DNA of 64,000 bases from Bacillota bacterium (GCA_023665365.1 JAMPEA010000006.1:5336-69335), one strand, 5' to 3'. Shown: positions 48,068 to 59,001, numbered from the stretch's first letter. A program made the numbers and translations. The notes: generated by a model from the letters alone, not told the origin.

Positions 48068-49754
48068 CGTCGTCTCCGAAAACTATTTTATAATATTTGT
48101 CATAGAGTTTTTCGTTAAGGTGGTATCTTTCGATAACGCTTTCGCGGGTCTCGTCCTCCTCGTAGACGTAGGCGAGGAACACCCCTACGAGCGTATCCGC
48201 ACTGCGCACTGAGCTTAGCTTTTCTCTGGATTTATTGGAGTAGACAGCCTTGCCGTCGGCGTTTTTATCCACTATGCCGTTGATGAGCCTGACGAGCCGT
48301 CTGAGATAAAAGTTGGGGTCCTCGTCGGTGAAAATAATATCCGCTATGCTCAAAAGCGTTGCCGATTGCACGGTGGACGGCATATAATGCATCGCCCTTG
48401 GCAACATAAACTCGATATGCTTAAATCTATCCTGCGCAACTATATCGAATTCCACAGGATGAATCCCGTCGTTGAGCATTGTAAACGCGTCGATTATCGC
48501 GTTCATCACGCCGTAGGGCAACTCGCCTAAGACAAGGCAGTTTTGCAAAATCTCGCTCGCCCGCTTATAGAAAACGAGGCGCGCGAGCAATGCGTTTTGC
48601 AGGGATTTATTTGCGTTTTCAAACGCCCACAGCACGTAGTAGTCGAGGTTGTCGCCGACCGCGGTATGCGTCTTATCGAACCTTGCGAGTTCGTCGTCGC
48701 TCATAAGCATTATTTCGCGCAACACGCTAATATTGCGCATACAGCCGCTTTGAGGGAGGATTAGGCTATAATCCACCTTGTCGGGATTTTTGGCGAACTC
48801 TTGAAGATAGTAAAATGCGGGAGCGTCCTCGCCGTAAATCTCGTTCAGGTCGCTCATGACAGCCCTTGCCGCGTCGCGCTGACCGATATTGTAAAGCGCC
48901 TGCGCGTACCAAATCATAAGCCGCCTCGAACTGTGAAATTTTGGGCGTTCGTTGAGGGTCTTGATGATTTTGACGATGTCGCCGTGCATATTGAGGCTCA
49001 CCGCCACGGGAAGAACCATAAACATACTTTCAATGTCGTCGTCGGCGATTTTTTCGAGGACAGGGCGCACGACTTCGAGCGCCTCTTTCTCACGATTTTT
49101 CATAATATATGCGCTTGCGAGAGTGCATCTGATTGCCGTACTGTCCCGTCCCTCGTCAATCTTGCGCTCCGAAAACGCTATAAGCGCGTCCACATCGTTA
49201 GCCATAGAAAACAGCACGAGCTTGGATTTTGCCGACAAGTCGCCGTACTCCTCGGGAATTCCGTCTATGATATTCATAGCCGCCGCCACATCGCCGCCGC
49301 TTCCGAGCTCGTACGCCTTGGAAATCAGACGGTCGTAATACTCCTCTGTCGGAGGATAGGAAAGATATAGGTCGGGGACGGTCTCCATATCCTCGTCGAG
49401 AATACGGTCGAGGGTGTCGATAATGTCAATCTCTTTGTCGTCGGTGTAGTACATTGCGACCTCGGGCAAATCGAGGTGCAAAAAATTGAGCGCGAGCTGA
49501 CGGCGCAGATGAGTATTTTCATAATCCCTGCTTTCGTGCAAACCTTTAAAGATGGTTTTGTTTGCGAGCTCGAATTCGCTATCGTCGCTAAACAAACAAC
49601 CCAGCACGCCATATGCGATCACCGAGCGCTTATTTTCTTTAAGCGCGCTTCTCGCGTAACGTGCCGAGCCGATAATATCGCCCTTCTTGTACTTTTCAAG
49701 CGCAAGGTCAACGAACTGTTTCGAGCTTAGATTGAAGTCGAGGATTTTTGCCAT
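48051..49754 (-). CDS. TPR-like helical repeat protein
   Basis: 567 aa with TPR-like segments (AYGVLGCLF, TLASAYI, YAQALYNIGQRDAA). Confidence 0.7.
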   Translation of the reverse strand: MAKILDFNLSSKQFVDLALEKYKKGDIIGSARYARSALKENKRSVIAYGVLGCLFSDDSEFELANKTIFKGLHESRDYENTHLRRQLALNFLHLDLPEVAMYYTDDKEIDIIDTLDRILDEDMETVPDLYLSYPPTEEYYDRLISKAYELGSGGDVAAAMNIIDGIPEEYGDLSAKSKLVLFSMANDVDALIAFSERKIDEGRDSTAIRCTLASAYIMKNREKEALEVVRPVLEKIADDDIESMFMVLPVAVSLNMHGDIVKIIKTLNERPKFHSSRRLMIWYAQALYNIGQRDAARAVMSDLNEIYGEDAPAFYYLQEFAKNPDKVDYSLILPQSGCMRNISVLREIMLMSDDELARFDKTHTAVGDNLDYYVLWAFENANKSLQNALLARLVFYKRASEILQNCLVLGELPYGVMNAIIDAFTMLNDGIHPVEFDIVAQDRFKHIEFMLPRAMHYMPSTVQSATLLSIADIIFTDEDPNFYLRRLVRLINGIVDKNADGKAVYSNKSREKLSSVRSADTLVGVFLAYVYEEDETRESVIERYHLNEKLYDKYYKIVFGDDDDGKE

Positions 49755-49757
49755 TTG

Positions 49758-50888
49758 TTATTTTTTCTTTTTCTTTTTTGGGTTTTGATAACGTACCTGC
49801 TGCTTTTTTTGCTTTTTCTTTGCAGTGCCGCCCGCGCCGACGTAATCGCTGTGACCGCTTTTCTTTGCGAGCTGACGCTGTTTTTGAAGCTCCGCCCTAT
49901 CGGTCGTCTCCTTGCGGATATGGCACTTTGTCATTCCGCGATTTGCCATTGCGACAAACACCTGCGCGTAGAGATTGCAACCTATAAGCGCCATAACGAC
50001 GTATACGACTATGCCTACGACCGTGCCGCTGACGCCCATTATCAAAAATGGGATTGCCGAGGCGATGCCTACGATAGCCACCATTATGGGATTGTTGACA
50101 ATGAGCACTATCGCGTTTTTAATCGCGCCGAAAAAGGACAGCTCGTACGTGCAGATGAGAGACAGCGTCACCATAGGCAAAAGCATAAGCGGCGCGCCGA
50201 ATATCCAGCTGAAAACGACCGCGCAGTACGCGCCCGCGTCCGCAACGCCCAAGGTCTGCTGAGCAAGCAGATACATAAGCGCGGTTATCATCGCGCAACC
50301 CACGAGCACCATCACTGTGACGGTGATTAAAAACTGCCACCAATACTTTGCCACGCCGTACCAAAACGTCTTTACGGTCTTTGAATAGTAGTTTTGAAAA
50401 TAACTGCGTTTTGCGCAATAGAAATTGCCCGCAAGCCCTATCGACCCTAATATCAACGCCGCGCCGAGCATAAGTATAATCGGCTCTTTGACCTCCCAAA
50501 TGAGGCGGGCTATGCTGTTATCGAGGCTGTCGCCGCCGCCGGGGAAGCCTATGCCCACGTTGCCCATAAAGTTGAACGAGCCGCCGAGCACCAAATCCTC
50601 GAAATAGGACGCAAACCAAGCGAACAGCACTATGAACGGAAGCGTAAAAAGTATGAAAAACAGCGAGCTCTTAAACAGAGTGGAAAGCTCCCCTCTTAAC
50701 ACCTTAAACGCTCTGCCGAAGAAGGTATCGGGATATTCCTTGACGGGACGCGCCTCCGCAAGCCCCGCGACGAGTATCTTTTGCGGCTCCTCGGGCTCGG
50801 TGCGCACGGGTGCGTCGGTATATAATTTTGCGAGCAACAGCTTTTTTGGCGCTCGCGCCTGTGTAGGTGCGGTGTTTTGGTTTGCCAT
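49758..50888 (-). CDS. Hypothetical integral membrane protein with a basic C-terminal tail
   Basis: About 6 hydrophobic segments and a Lys-rich tail; first gene of a 3-gene operon. Confidence 0.75.
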   Translation of the reverse strand: MANQNTAPTQARAPKKLLLAKLYTDAPVRTEPEEPQKILVAGLAEARPVKEYPDTFFGRAFKVLRGELSTLFKSSLFFILFTLPFIVLFAWFASYFEDLVLGGSFNFMGNVGIGFPGGGDSLDNSIARLIWEVKEPIILMLGAALILGSIGLAGNFYCAKRSYFQNYYSKTVKTFWYGVAKYWWQFLITVTVMVLVGCAMITALMYLLAQQTLGVADAGAYCAVVFSWIFGAPLMLLPMVTLSLICTYELSFFGAIKNAIVLIVNNPIMVAIVGIASAIPFLIMGVSGTVVGIVVYVVMALIGCNLYAQVFVAMANRGMTKCHIRKETTDRAELQKQRQLAKKSGHSDYVGAGGTAKKKQKKQQVRYQNPKKKKKK

Positions 50889-51094
50889 AGCAACTCCTTT
50901 ATACAGTAATAACTATATATAGATAGATTATACAATAAAAAGAGACGCTTGGCAAATCAAATAATCATTATATTTGCAAACGCGCCAAGCACCTTAAAAG
51001 ATTGCGAGGAATAGTATACATTGATATATGAAAAAGCAAACGCGACGTAAACGCGATGTTACGCTGAATACATAAATAATCGACAGGAGTGAAT

Positions 51095-52105
51095 ATGAAA
51101 AAATTTAACATCGCAGTCGTAGGCGCTACCGGAATGGTAGGCGGCAAGTTTCTCGAAGTATTGACGGAGCGTAAGCTCCCCGTTGAAAATTATTATCTGT
51201 TTGCGTCCTCAAAAAGCGCGGGCAGGCAGATAGACTTTATGGGCTCGCCCCACACGGTAATCGAACTGAACGAAGAAAACGTCCTTGCGCTTAGCGGAAA
51301 GATAGATTTCGCGCTATTCTCTGCGGGCGCGGCGGTGAGCCGCGACTATGCTCCGCTATTCGTAAAGGCGGGCGCGACGGTCGTGGACAACAGCTCGCAG
51401 TGGCGTATGTATAACGACGTGCCGCTCGTAGTGCCCGAGGTCAACCCCGAGGACGTATTGTGGAATAGAGGCATCATTGCAAATCCGAACTGCTCGACGA
51501 TACAGGCGGTCGTCGCGCTAAAACCCTTGCAGGACGCGTTCGGGATAAAGCGAGTGGTGTATTCCACCTATCAAGCGGTTTCGGGCGCGGGAGTCGCGGG
51601 ATATAACGACCTAAAAGAGGGCGTAAACGGCGTCCCGCCAAAAAAATTTCCTCAACCCATAGCGTACAATATGCTCCCGCATATCGACGTGTTTATGGAG
51701 GACGGCTACACCAAAGAGGAGTGGAAAATGATTGCCGAAACCCGAAAAATCCTCCACGACGACGCGATGAAAGTCACCGCTACGGCAGTGCGAGTGCCCG
51801 TGTATTTCGGACACAGCGAGTCGATAAACGTCGAGTTTGAAAGACCTTGCGCGAGAGAGGATATTTTGAACGCGCTAAACGCCGCGGCGGGCTTAATCGT
51901 ATTGGACGACCCCGCGAATAGCGTATATCCCACGCCCCTGCTCGCAGAAAATCGTGACGAAGTATTTGTGGGGCGTATCCGCATAGACGACAGCTTGGAC
52001 AGCGGCGCAAATATTTGGGTCGTCGCAGACAATATCCGCAAGGGCGCGGCGACTAACGCCGTGCAGATTGTGGAACTTCTCATCAAAAACGCATTGGAGG
52101 GTTAA
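51095..52105 (+). CDS. asd: Aspartate-semialdehyde dehydrogenase
   Basis: VVGATGMVG, DNSSQWR, NPNCST, STYQAVSGAG, GHSE and DNIRKGAA motifs. Confidence 0.97.
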   Translation: MKKFNIAVVGATGMVGGKFLEVLTERKLPVENYYLFASSKSAGRQIDFMGSPHTVIELNEENVLALSGKIDFALFSAGAAVSRDYAPLFVKAGATVVDNSSQWRMYNDVPLVVPEVNPEDVLWNRGIIANPNCSTIQAVVALKPLQDAFGIKRVVYSTYQAVSGAGVAGYNDLKEGVNGVPPKKFPQPIAYNMLPHIDVFMEDGYTKEEWKMIAETRKILHDDAMKVTATAVRVPVYFGHSESINVEFERPCAREDILNALNAAAGLIVLDDPANSVYPTPLLAENRDEVFVGRIRIDDSLDSGANIWVVADNIRKGAATNAVQIVELLIKNALEG

Positions 52106-52106
52106 A

Positions 52107-52955
52107 ATGTTTAAAGGCGTGGCAACCGCACTGATAACACCTTTTACAAACGATAATAAAGTGGACGCAGACAGCCTGAAAAGGTTGCTTGAATATCAGC
52201 TTTACGGCGGCGTAAACGCGGTCGTTGTCCTCGGCACTACGGGCGAGCCCGCGACGATGACGCAAAGCGAAAAGGCGCAAGTCGTCGAGTGCGCGCTAAA
52301 AACCGTGGGCGGAAAGATACCCGTAATCGTAGGCGCAGGGTCAAACGGCACGCAGTCGGCTAAGGACGCGTGTAAGTTTTTTGAGGGACTTGGCGCGGAC
52401 GCACTGTTGGTCGTAACGCCCTACTACAACAAATGTACGCAGGACGGGCTAATCTGCCACTATACGGAGATTGCAAACGCTACGAATCTGCCTATAATCT
52501 GCTACAACGTTCCGGGGCGCACGGGCGTGAATATGTTGCCCGCCACGTTTAGCAGAATTGCGGATATAGACAACGTTTGCGCGATAAAGGAAGCGAGCGG
52601 AAATATGGAGCAGATTTGCGAATGTCTGCGGCTTGCCGAGGGCAAAGCGGAGGTATATAGCGGAGACGACGCGCTGACAGTGCCCGTAATGGCGATGGGC
52701 GGCGCGGGCGTGATAAGCGTAGCGAGCAACGCCTATCCGAAATACGTATCCGAAATGACGAAAGCGTTTTTTGAGGGAGACTTGAAAAAGGCGAGCGCGA
52801 TGCAAAAGGAGATGCTTCCCTTTGTACGCGCCCTGTTTGCAGAGGTCAACCCTATCCCTATAAAGCGCACGCTTAGCGCGCTCGGATTTTGCGAAAACGT
52901 ACTGCGCCTGCCGCTTACGCCCTCGAAAAGCGATAAAGCGGCGCTTATGAATTAA
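52107..52955 (+). CDS. dapA: 4-hydroxy-tetrahydrodipicolinate synthase
   Basis: LGTTGE, PYYNK, YNVPGRTG, IKEASG, SGDD and NPIPIK motifs; ATG 52107 after GGAGG. Confidence 0.97.
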   Translation: MFKGVATALITPFTNDNKVDADSLKRLLEYQLYGGVNAVVVLGTTGEPATMTQSEKAQVVECALKTVGGKIPVIVGAGSNGTQSAKDACKFFEGLGADALLVVTPYYNKCTQDGLICHYTEIANATNLPIICYNVPGRTGVNMLPATFSRIADIDNVCAIKEASGNMEQICECLRLAEGKAEVYSGDDALTVPVMAMGGAGVISVASNAYPKYVSEMTKAFFEGDLKKASAMQKEMLPFVRALFAEVNPIPIKRTLSALGFCENVLRLPLTPSKSDKAALMN

Positions 52956-52983
52956 GTGAAATGACGGAATGCCGACATTAAAA

Positions 52984-53094
52984 CACCCCCTTAAAGATTA
53001 AGGGGGGTTGGGGGTTTTGAGGAGTTTTCGGGTAAAGGGGTTGTTAAGGGGGTTAAGGGCGGACTCGGAAAACAGCCCTTACCCCCTTAGTAAT
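52984..53094 (+). repeat. Family E G-tract-rich repeat, copy 1, between convergent genes
   Basis: GAGGAGTTTTC...TAAGGGGGT..AGGGCGGACTCGGAAAACAGCCCTTACCCCCTTA recurs at 61761-61868 and, inverted, at 63521-63630. Confidence 0.85.
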
Positions 53095-56000
53095 CTAGTC
53101 TTGATTTGTCGCCGCGCCCGAGATTTGCGGTTTTTGGGCGAGCGAGGTGCATCCGTCAAACGCCGTCGATACGATTTTATCAAGTCCGTTAGAGTCGCTG
53201 AAACCGAATATCGCAAGCCCCGAGCATCCGCTGAACGCACTTGCGCCAATCGATTTGAGCGAGGACGACACAATCACCGACGTGATATTTGCATTGTCGA
53301 TAAACGCCTGTCCGTCAATCGAAGTGATGGTATACTCAACTTCATCGTCACCCTCGCCGAGCGTAATTGACGCGGGTATCACAACGTCGCCGCTGAACGA
53401 GGACGCTTGTCTTGCGACAGCCGCGGTATTGTTTGAAGCGTCAAGCACGTAGCGAATTCCGCTTTCATTGTCGATATAATATATCCTGCCGTCGTCGGCG
53501 ACTTCATTCGTATCGCAATTCCAAACGATAGGACACTTATAGCCGTTCCAGCTGTCCCAATTTTCGGAGGGCTTATCGAAGTGGCAGTAAATCGTAAGCG
53601 CTCTGCACACTGCGAACGCGGCAAGCTCTACTTTCAAACTACCCTTATCGTCGTTATAGAGGTCGAAGCGCGTGAGGCTTGTGGCTTTATTAAACGCCCA
53701 TTGCGCTATATATTTCACATTTTTGAGCTCGCCCTTTACGGTTTTCAAAGCGTAGCACTCCTTAAACGCATATGATTCAATCTCGATTATGCCGCTATGC
53801 AAAGTGACCTCTTCAAGCACGTTACAGCCGTCGAACAATCCGCTTTGGATTATTGTGACTTTCGTATTTTTGCTGAGGTTTATCTCTTTCAGTCCCGTGT
53901 TTTGGAATGCCATAGCGCCAATGTTTTCAAGCGAACTCGCCTCGGAAAGGTTTATCCTTTCGAGGGAGATACAGCCGCTGAACGCCTGCTTGCCGATAGT
54001 AACGAGGCTTGACGGCACGCGGCTTCGCGCCTTTATCATAAAGTTGTTCTCACTCTTGTAGAAGTGCGGCGTGACGCTATCTTTTGCGTCCTTGACTGTG
54101 ACGGGATAATAAATCGTATCGGGCAGATAGATATCGAGATCTTTTACGACTATGGCTTCAAATGTGAGGTCAACGGCAACAATCCTATAAATCAAGTTGT
54201 TGACGTTTTCGCCGTCGCTTTGCGCGTCGACATCCGACTCGTCGGGCGTATCGACCTTGAAATCGGCAACCTTATAGTCGCTTGCGATAATCAGCTCTTT
54301 TACGTCGGCATTGTCATACTTGCCTATCGAGGTGAGCTTGACGGGTTGGATTGTCCGAGTGACGACGTTTCCATTATCGTCGGTGATATTCTCTTGATAT
54401 CTGTCGCCGAAAGGAGTGAAGTATTCCTCCCTATCGAGGGTCACTGCGGTTGAATCCGCTTGGACGGCGGTATATACGTTTTTAAGATTTTTACAGCCGT
54501 TAAACGTGTTTACGCCTATACATTTGAGGGTTTCGGGCAGATACACTGCGGTGAGCGATTCCATGCCCTCGAAGATGCCGTCGGCGGTATTCATATCGCC
54601 GATTTGGGTGATGATATACTCTGCTGTCTCGTCCTTATTCGTAAGCAGGTTTTTAGAGGTGATATTGCACTTGCTCGGCAAAACGAGGGTGAGTATTTCC
54701 CTCTTTTCCTCAGCGCTGACGCCTTTTGAGAAGCCCGTGATACAAGCCTCGCCCGGAGCGCCGTTGAAAGGATCTTTCTTAATCTCGTAGTTGAACATAG
54801 TTTCGTCCGCTTCGAGCACGACCGTATAGTAAACCGTGAGCGAAAGCGGCTCGACCGCGTCTATATCCGTATACTTGACCTCAGCGGTGTGCATGCCGAG
54901 CGTCGTAGTGTTGAACGGCGACACGCTGCTGAATACGCTCGACTCGATTTTGACGGCTTTTTCGTTGCCATCCTGCCCAACGAGGTTGAGCGGATAGTCG
55001 AGCAGATATGCCGAAGCGTTTGCGTTGACGGGGATATTTATCGTCTTTGTCTGCCTAATCGCTTTATAAAGCGGCTTATATACTGAATAGGTGTAGTTGA
55101 ACTTAAACGTGCCTATGCCGTAGAAATTCACCTCGATTTGCGCGGTGAACCCTTCGCCCTCCGCGGTGGTGATAAGCCCGCTCACTTTCGAAACGGGAAG
55201 CGTCCTTTCCTCGCCGATTATGTCGATATAGTGGAAAGATATACTGCTGTAATTGTTGTTTTTAAACGCGGGATAGGAGGTGTAGTACGACGGCAATCCG
55301 TCTTGTTTGAGCTGTCCGTCAAGCCCCGTAAACCAACACTTGATATCCTTCTTGTTTTCCACCGTTTCTCTGTCGAGATTTATAAAGTCGTTGGCGTTTT
55401 TATCCTCCACGCCGTCAACAAAATTTTCGTAATTGGTATCTTGATAGCCGTCCTTCAAACTTGTGAATTTGAATTTCGCCAGATTTTGGATAGCATTGTA
55501 AACTGTCACGATAAACACGTCGTCTTTGGCGGGGTCAATCTTGCACTTGTCGGGCGCGGCTTCGTAATAGTAGTACACGGCGTAGTGCTTTGCGTCGGAG
55601 TTTTTCCACTCGGGTTTCCACAAATTCGAATAGTCGTATACGACATCCTTATTGTTTTTATCCTTTACGACGTAGCGGTTTGCGTCCTCGGGAGTTGCCT
55701 CGTCGTCGGGGTCTTGAAGCAGAATGAACGCGAGCTTATTGATGCTTACGTCAAGCGCGTCGTATCTCGTAACGCCCGTCTTGCTCGTGATGACGAGCGC
55801 GTCATTGACGCAACCGACGGGCTTGGGCTTGTCCTTGTTGCTGTTGTCCACGTTTCCGTACGCGTCGGTGAACGGAAGCGTAAACGCCCCTTCCGACACG
55901 TCTGTTTCCTCAGTCGTCTGCATAAGGACTTTTGAAATCTTGTTTGTGTCGATAACTACGGACTCTATGCCCTCTTCTTCAAAGACTTCCTCGTGGAGCG

Positions 56001-59000
56001 TAAACAGATTGACCCACTCCGCCGTAACGCTGTCGCTCGGCGTTAGGTTGGCGTTCGACTTATAAAACCTCAAAGCGCTCATAACGTTTTCGTTGAAGTA
56101 GATTTTCATGCCGCTTCTGAGCGTGCCGTTTGCGTCGGCAAACGCGTACTCGCCTATCGAGGGAGCGTTTCTGAGCTGGGGACGTTGCGTGTTTCCGTCG
56201 GTGGTTACGCCCGTAAGGATGACCTTGCTTAGCATATTCGCGCCGCTAAATGCATAGTCCTCAACGCGCTTCACGCTCGCGCCGATTTGCACCGTCTCGA
56301 AGTATCTTCCGTACTGCCCGAACGCGCCCGAGGCGATAGTCTTTACGTTGTCGGGGACAATCAAATTGACTGCGTTTGCGTCCTGCAAATTGCCGTAGTA
56401 GTCCGTAAGAATGTGGTTGAACACAGTATAAAGCGTCGGATTTTCGGGATTTTCCTTATTTTTTCTCAAAATCGCGGTTTCGGTAAACGCGTTTTTGCCT
56501 ATGCTTTTTATATTTTCCTCGTTGCCGAAAGTGACTTTTTCAAGCAGCGTGCAACCCTTAAACGCCTGCGGAGCGATATGCGTGATTGCGTAGCCCCCGT
56601 TGTCGGCGGGAATATCCGCCGTTGTCGCGGTCTTGTCGATAAATCTGTAATACACGTTGCCGATGACGACCGCTTTTGCAGTCGTGTTATAGAGGCTTCC
56701 GCTCTCGCTTAGGAATGGCGTATCGTCGAAAGCGCTCTCGCCTATATTCAAAAGATTGCTCTGCTTTTGCGCGGAATCCGCCGAGCCGCTTATGACGAGC
56801 GTTTTGAAATGCTCCAATCCCGAAAGCGCATTGTTGCGGATTGTCGTGATAGTTGACGGCAATTTGAGCGTAGTCAACGCCGTGCATCGCTCAAACGCGC
56901 CGCTTTCTATGCTCGTCACGGCTGCCAGCGCGTCGTTATAATCATCCATGCCCTCGCCCTTGTAGTAATGCGCGAGGTCGGATAGGTCGATTTCGGTTTT
57001 CTCGGCGTCGCCGACGTATTTATAAATCATTCTGCCGATGACGATAAACTCCGCGCCGTCGTGGTTGTCGGAATATTTATCCTCGTATGCCGTGCCGTAA
57101 AACGCCCTGTCGCCGATATTCTTTATGGCGTTATCTCTGAGGGGCGGCATCACAATCTCAGTGAGATACGCGTCGCGCGCAAACGCCTCTACGCCTATCG
57201 TCGTGAGGTATTTCGCCGCGCTCAAATCGAGCTTTGTAAGCCCTCTCGCGTTGGAGAGTGCGCGCTCGCCGATTTCGATAATCGGAAGCACTTCGTAGGA
57301 GTCGCCGCTCTTGTTGTAGACCTTTATCTCCTTGGGGATAACGAGGTCGTTGACCGTCCAGTCGCTGATTTGGTCGAGGCGTATGCCGCCCGCAACGCGA
57401 GTGTATCCGTCTTTAAATACTACGTCTATATAGTCGCTTATTTTGTCGAGATATATATCGTCGTAACCGGTTATGCCATTGGCGGGTGCGTCGAACAACC
57501 ACTTTATGTAAGTCACGGGTTGGTCGTCGTTGACCTTGCCGTCCTTGCGGTCGACCTTCTGCGTGCACTGAAAATCCGAGTACAGCTCGTCAATCTTAAA
57601 CGAGTATAACTCGTCATCATCACCGTCAATCTTAAAGTAGTCGCCCTTGACCAATAGCTTTTCTGCGGTCTCGGCGGTGGGATTATAGAGGTCGCTGACT
57701 TTCATCATCACCTGTTTGCCATTGCTGTTGACGGTGACAAGCGCAACGCAGTCGTTGTAGTCCATATCGTACTTGAAGCCCGTAAACGTAATGCGGTTGA
57801 GCTTATGGTCGGACTGCGAAAAGCGCGACGTGCTCTCGACGAGATGCATATTTATCCCCTCCGCAGACACATTGTCCACGTTTACCACGTTGTTGTTTAC
57901 TTTGAGCACATAGTCCTCTATGCCCTCTCTAAACTCGCCGCCCATCGTGTAGACCGTAAGCGAATATTCCTTCAACAGCCAGTGCGCTTCGAGGTTTATA
58001 TCCTCAGTGCCGACCGTGCTCGAAAACCTCCAAAGCATTCCGTTTGCCTTATTATACCAGCCTGCGAAAGTGTATCCGTGATAGAGGTCGATTTGCTCGT
58101 TAGACGGTTGAGGGATAAAGCCCACGCTGCGTTGCACGGCGACGTTGCTATATTTGCCCGTTCCTCCGATAGCAAACACCTTTTCGGGGTCGTCCTCGGG
58201 GTCTACGTCATCTCTGAGTTTCAGATCTTCTTGGGGGAGTTTTATGTCGTAGGTGACTGTAATCACGTCGTCGGTGAACCCTACGCTGAAAGTCTTGTCG
58301 CCGTCCACCGTAAAGGGGAAGCCGCTGCTATTGGCGTTGTACTTCTTCTGCGCAGTATCGTCGTTTATGTACTCGATTGCCTTTTTGTCAACGCGCATTT
58401 GGAAAGCGCGCGTAAACTCCTCCCAACTGTCGAACGTCACGCCCTTTTCGACGTTGACGACAACTTCATCCTGCGCCTTGTTGAGCGTGCCGAAATAGGG
58501 ATAGGCAAGCCCGCCCCCGTTTTTGTCTTGAAGTTTAAAGGTGTATTTTGCAAGCGAAAGCGCGCCGCGGTTTTTGAGGTGGAGGTCAAAAGCGCCCGAC
58601 GCCGTCGTATTGTCGTTTAACTCTGCCGTAACGTGAATTTTGTGATGCCCCGCAACGGATAAATATTGCTTGTCCTCCTCGGCGATCATATCCTCCGAAA
58701 CTCCGCCGTAAGGCACTTCTTTGAGCGCCGCGCCTTCCGCGTTGTAGTAAACGACGGAATACTCCACGTATTTGTCCAGTTTAAACTCGTCTACGTAAAT
58801 GCTGTTGAAAATCGAGGACATCTCGACAGGGAATGTAAATTTAAGTCCCGCCGACGCGTTTGCGGGCAAACTGCCCGCCGCGGACCCGTTGCCGCCTATG
58901 TCGGGATTCGGCTTTGTCAAGGACTGATTGCACGCGACCAGCGAGAACAGCATAACCAAGCCCAGCAACAAAATAAAGACCAAATTGTAGCGTTTTCTCA

Positions 59001-59001
59001 T
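53095..59001 (-). CDS. 1968-aa lipoprotein with BspA-type leucine-rich repeats, an InlB B-repeat-like segment and Ig-like domains
   Basis: Lipobox SLVAC; many IG..AF..C..L repeats; GYTFAGWY...LEAHW motif. Confidence 0.88.
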   Translation of the reverse strand: MRKRYNLVFILLLGLVMLFSLVACNQSLTKPNPDIGGNGSAAGSLPANASAGLKFTFPVEMSSIFNSIYVDEFKLDKYVEYSVVYYNAEGAALKEVPYGGVSEDMIAEEDKQYLSVAGHHKIHVTAELNDNTTASGAFDLHLKNRGALSLAKYTFKLQDKNGGGLAYPYFGTLNKAQDEVVVNVEKGVTFDSWEEFTRAFQMRVDKKAIEYINDDTAQKKYNANSSGFPFTVDGDKTFSVGFTDDVITVTYDIKLPQEDLKLRDDVDPEDDPEKVFAIGGTGKYSNVAVQRSVGFIPQPSNEQIDLYHGYTFAGWYNKANGMLWRFSSTVGTEDINLEAHWLLKEYSLTVYTMGGEFREGIEDYVLKVNNNVVNVDNVSAEGINMHLVESTSRFSQSDHKLNRITFTGFKYDMDYNDCVALVTVNSNGKQVMMKVSDLYNPTAETAEKLLVKGDYFKIDGDDDELYSFKIDELYSDFQCTQKVDRKDGKVNDDQPVTYIKWLFDAPANGITGYDDIYLDKISDYIDVVFKDGYTRVAGGIRLDQISDWTVNDLVIPKEIKVYNKSGDSYEVLPIIEIGERALSNARGLTKLDLSAAKYLTTIGVEAFARDAYLTEIVMPPLRDNAIKNIGDRAFYGTAYEDKYSDNHDGAEFIVIGRMIYKYVGDAEKTEIDLSDLAHYYKGEGMDDYNDALAAVTSIESGAFERCTALTTLKLPSTITTIRNNALSGLEHFKTLVISGSADSAQKQSNLLNIGESAFDDTPFLSESGSLYNTTAKAVVIGNVYYRFIDKTATTADIPADNGGYAITHIAPQAFKGCTLLEKVTFGNEENIKSIGKNAFTETAILRKNKENPENPTLYTVFNHILTDYYGNLQDANAVNLIVPDNVKTIASGAFGQYGRYFETVQIGASVKRVEDYAFSGANMLSKVILTGVTTDGNTQRPQLRNAPSIGEYAFADANGTLRSGMKIYFNENVMSALRFYKSNANLTPSDSVTAEWVNLFTLHEEVFEEEGIESVVIDTNKISKVLMQTTEETDVSEGAFTLPFTDAYGNVDNSNKDKPKPVGCVNDALVITSKTGVTRYDALDVSINKLAFILLQDPDDEATPEDANRYVVKDKNNKDVVYDYSNLWKPEWKNSDAKHYAVYYYYEAAPDKCKIDPAKDDVFIVTVYNAIQNLAKFKFTSLKDGYQDTNYENFVDGVEDKNANDFINLDRETVENKKDIKCWFTGLDGQLKQDGLPSYYTSYPAFKNNNYSSISFHYIDIIGEERTLPVSKVSGLITTAEGEGFTAQIEVNFYGIGTFKFNYTYSVYKPLYKAIRQTKTINIPVNANASAYLLDYPLNLVGQDGNEKAVKIESSVFSSVSPFNTTTLGMHTAEVKYTDIDAVEPLSLTVYYTVVLEADETMFNYEIKKDPFNGAPGEACITGFSKGVSAEEKREILTLVLPSKCNITSKNLLTNKDETAEYIITQIGDMNTADGIFEGMESLTAVYLPETLKCIGVNTFNGCKNLKNVYTAVQADSTAVTLDREEYFTPFGDRYQENITDDNGNVVTRTIQPVKLTSIGKYDNADVKELIIASDYKVADFKVDTPDESDVDAQSDGENVNNLIYRIVAVDLTFEAIVVKDLDIYLPDTIYYPVTVKDAKDSVTPHFYKSENNFMIKARSRVPSSLVTIGKQAFSGCISLERINLSEASSLENIGAMAFQNTGLKEINLSKNTKVTIIQSGLFDGCNVLEEVTLHSGIIEIESYAFKECYALKTVKGELKNVKYIAQWAFNKATSLTRFDLYNDDKGSLKVELAAFAVCRALTIYCHFDKPSENWDSWNGYKCPIVWNCDTNEVADDGRIYYIDNESGIRYVLDASNNTAAVARQASSFSGDVVIPASITLGEGDDEVEYTITSIDGQAFIDNANITSVIVSSSLKSIGASAFSGCSGLAIFGFSDSNGLDKIVSTAFDGCTSLAQKPQISGAATNQD

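Noticed and set aside
50889-51094. Lysine riboswitch upstream of asd-dapA
   Set aside because: No AGAGG(U/C)GC...GCCGAA-type consensus or terminator is visible, and the space after the likely promoter is short.
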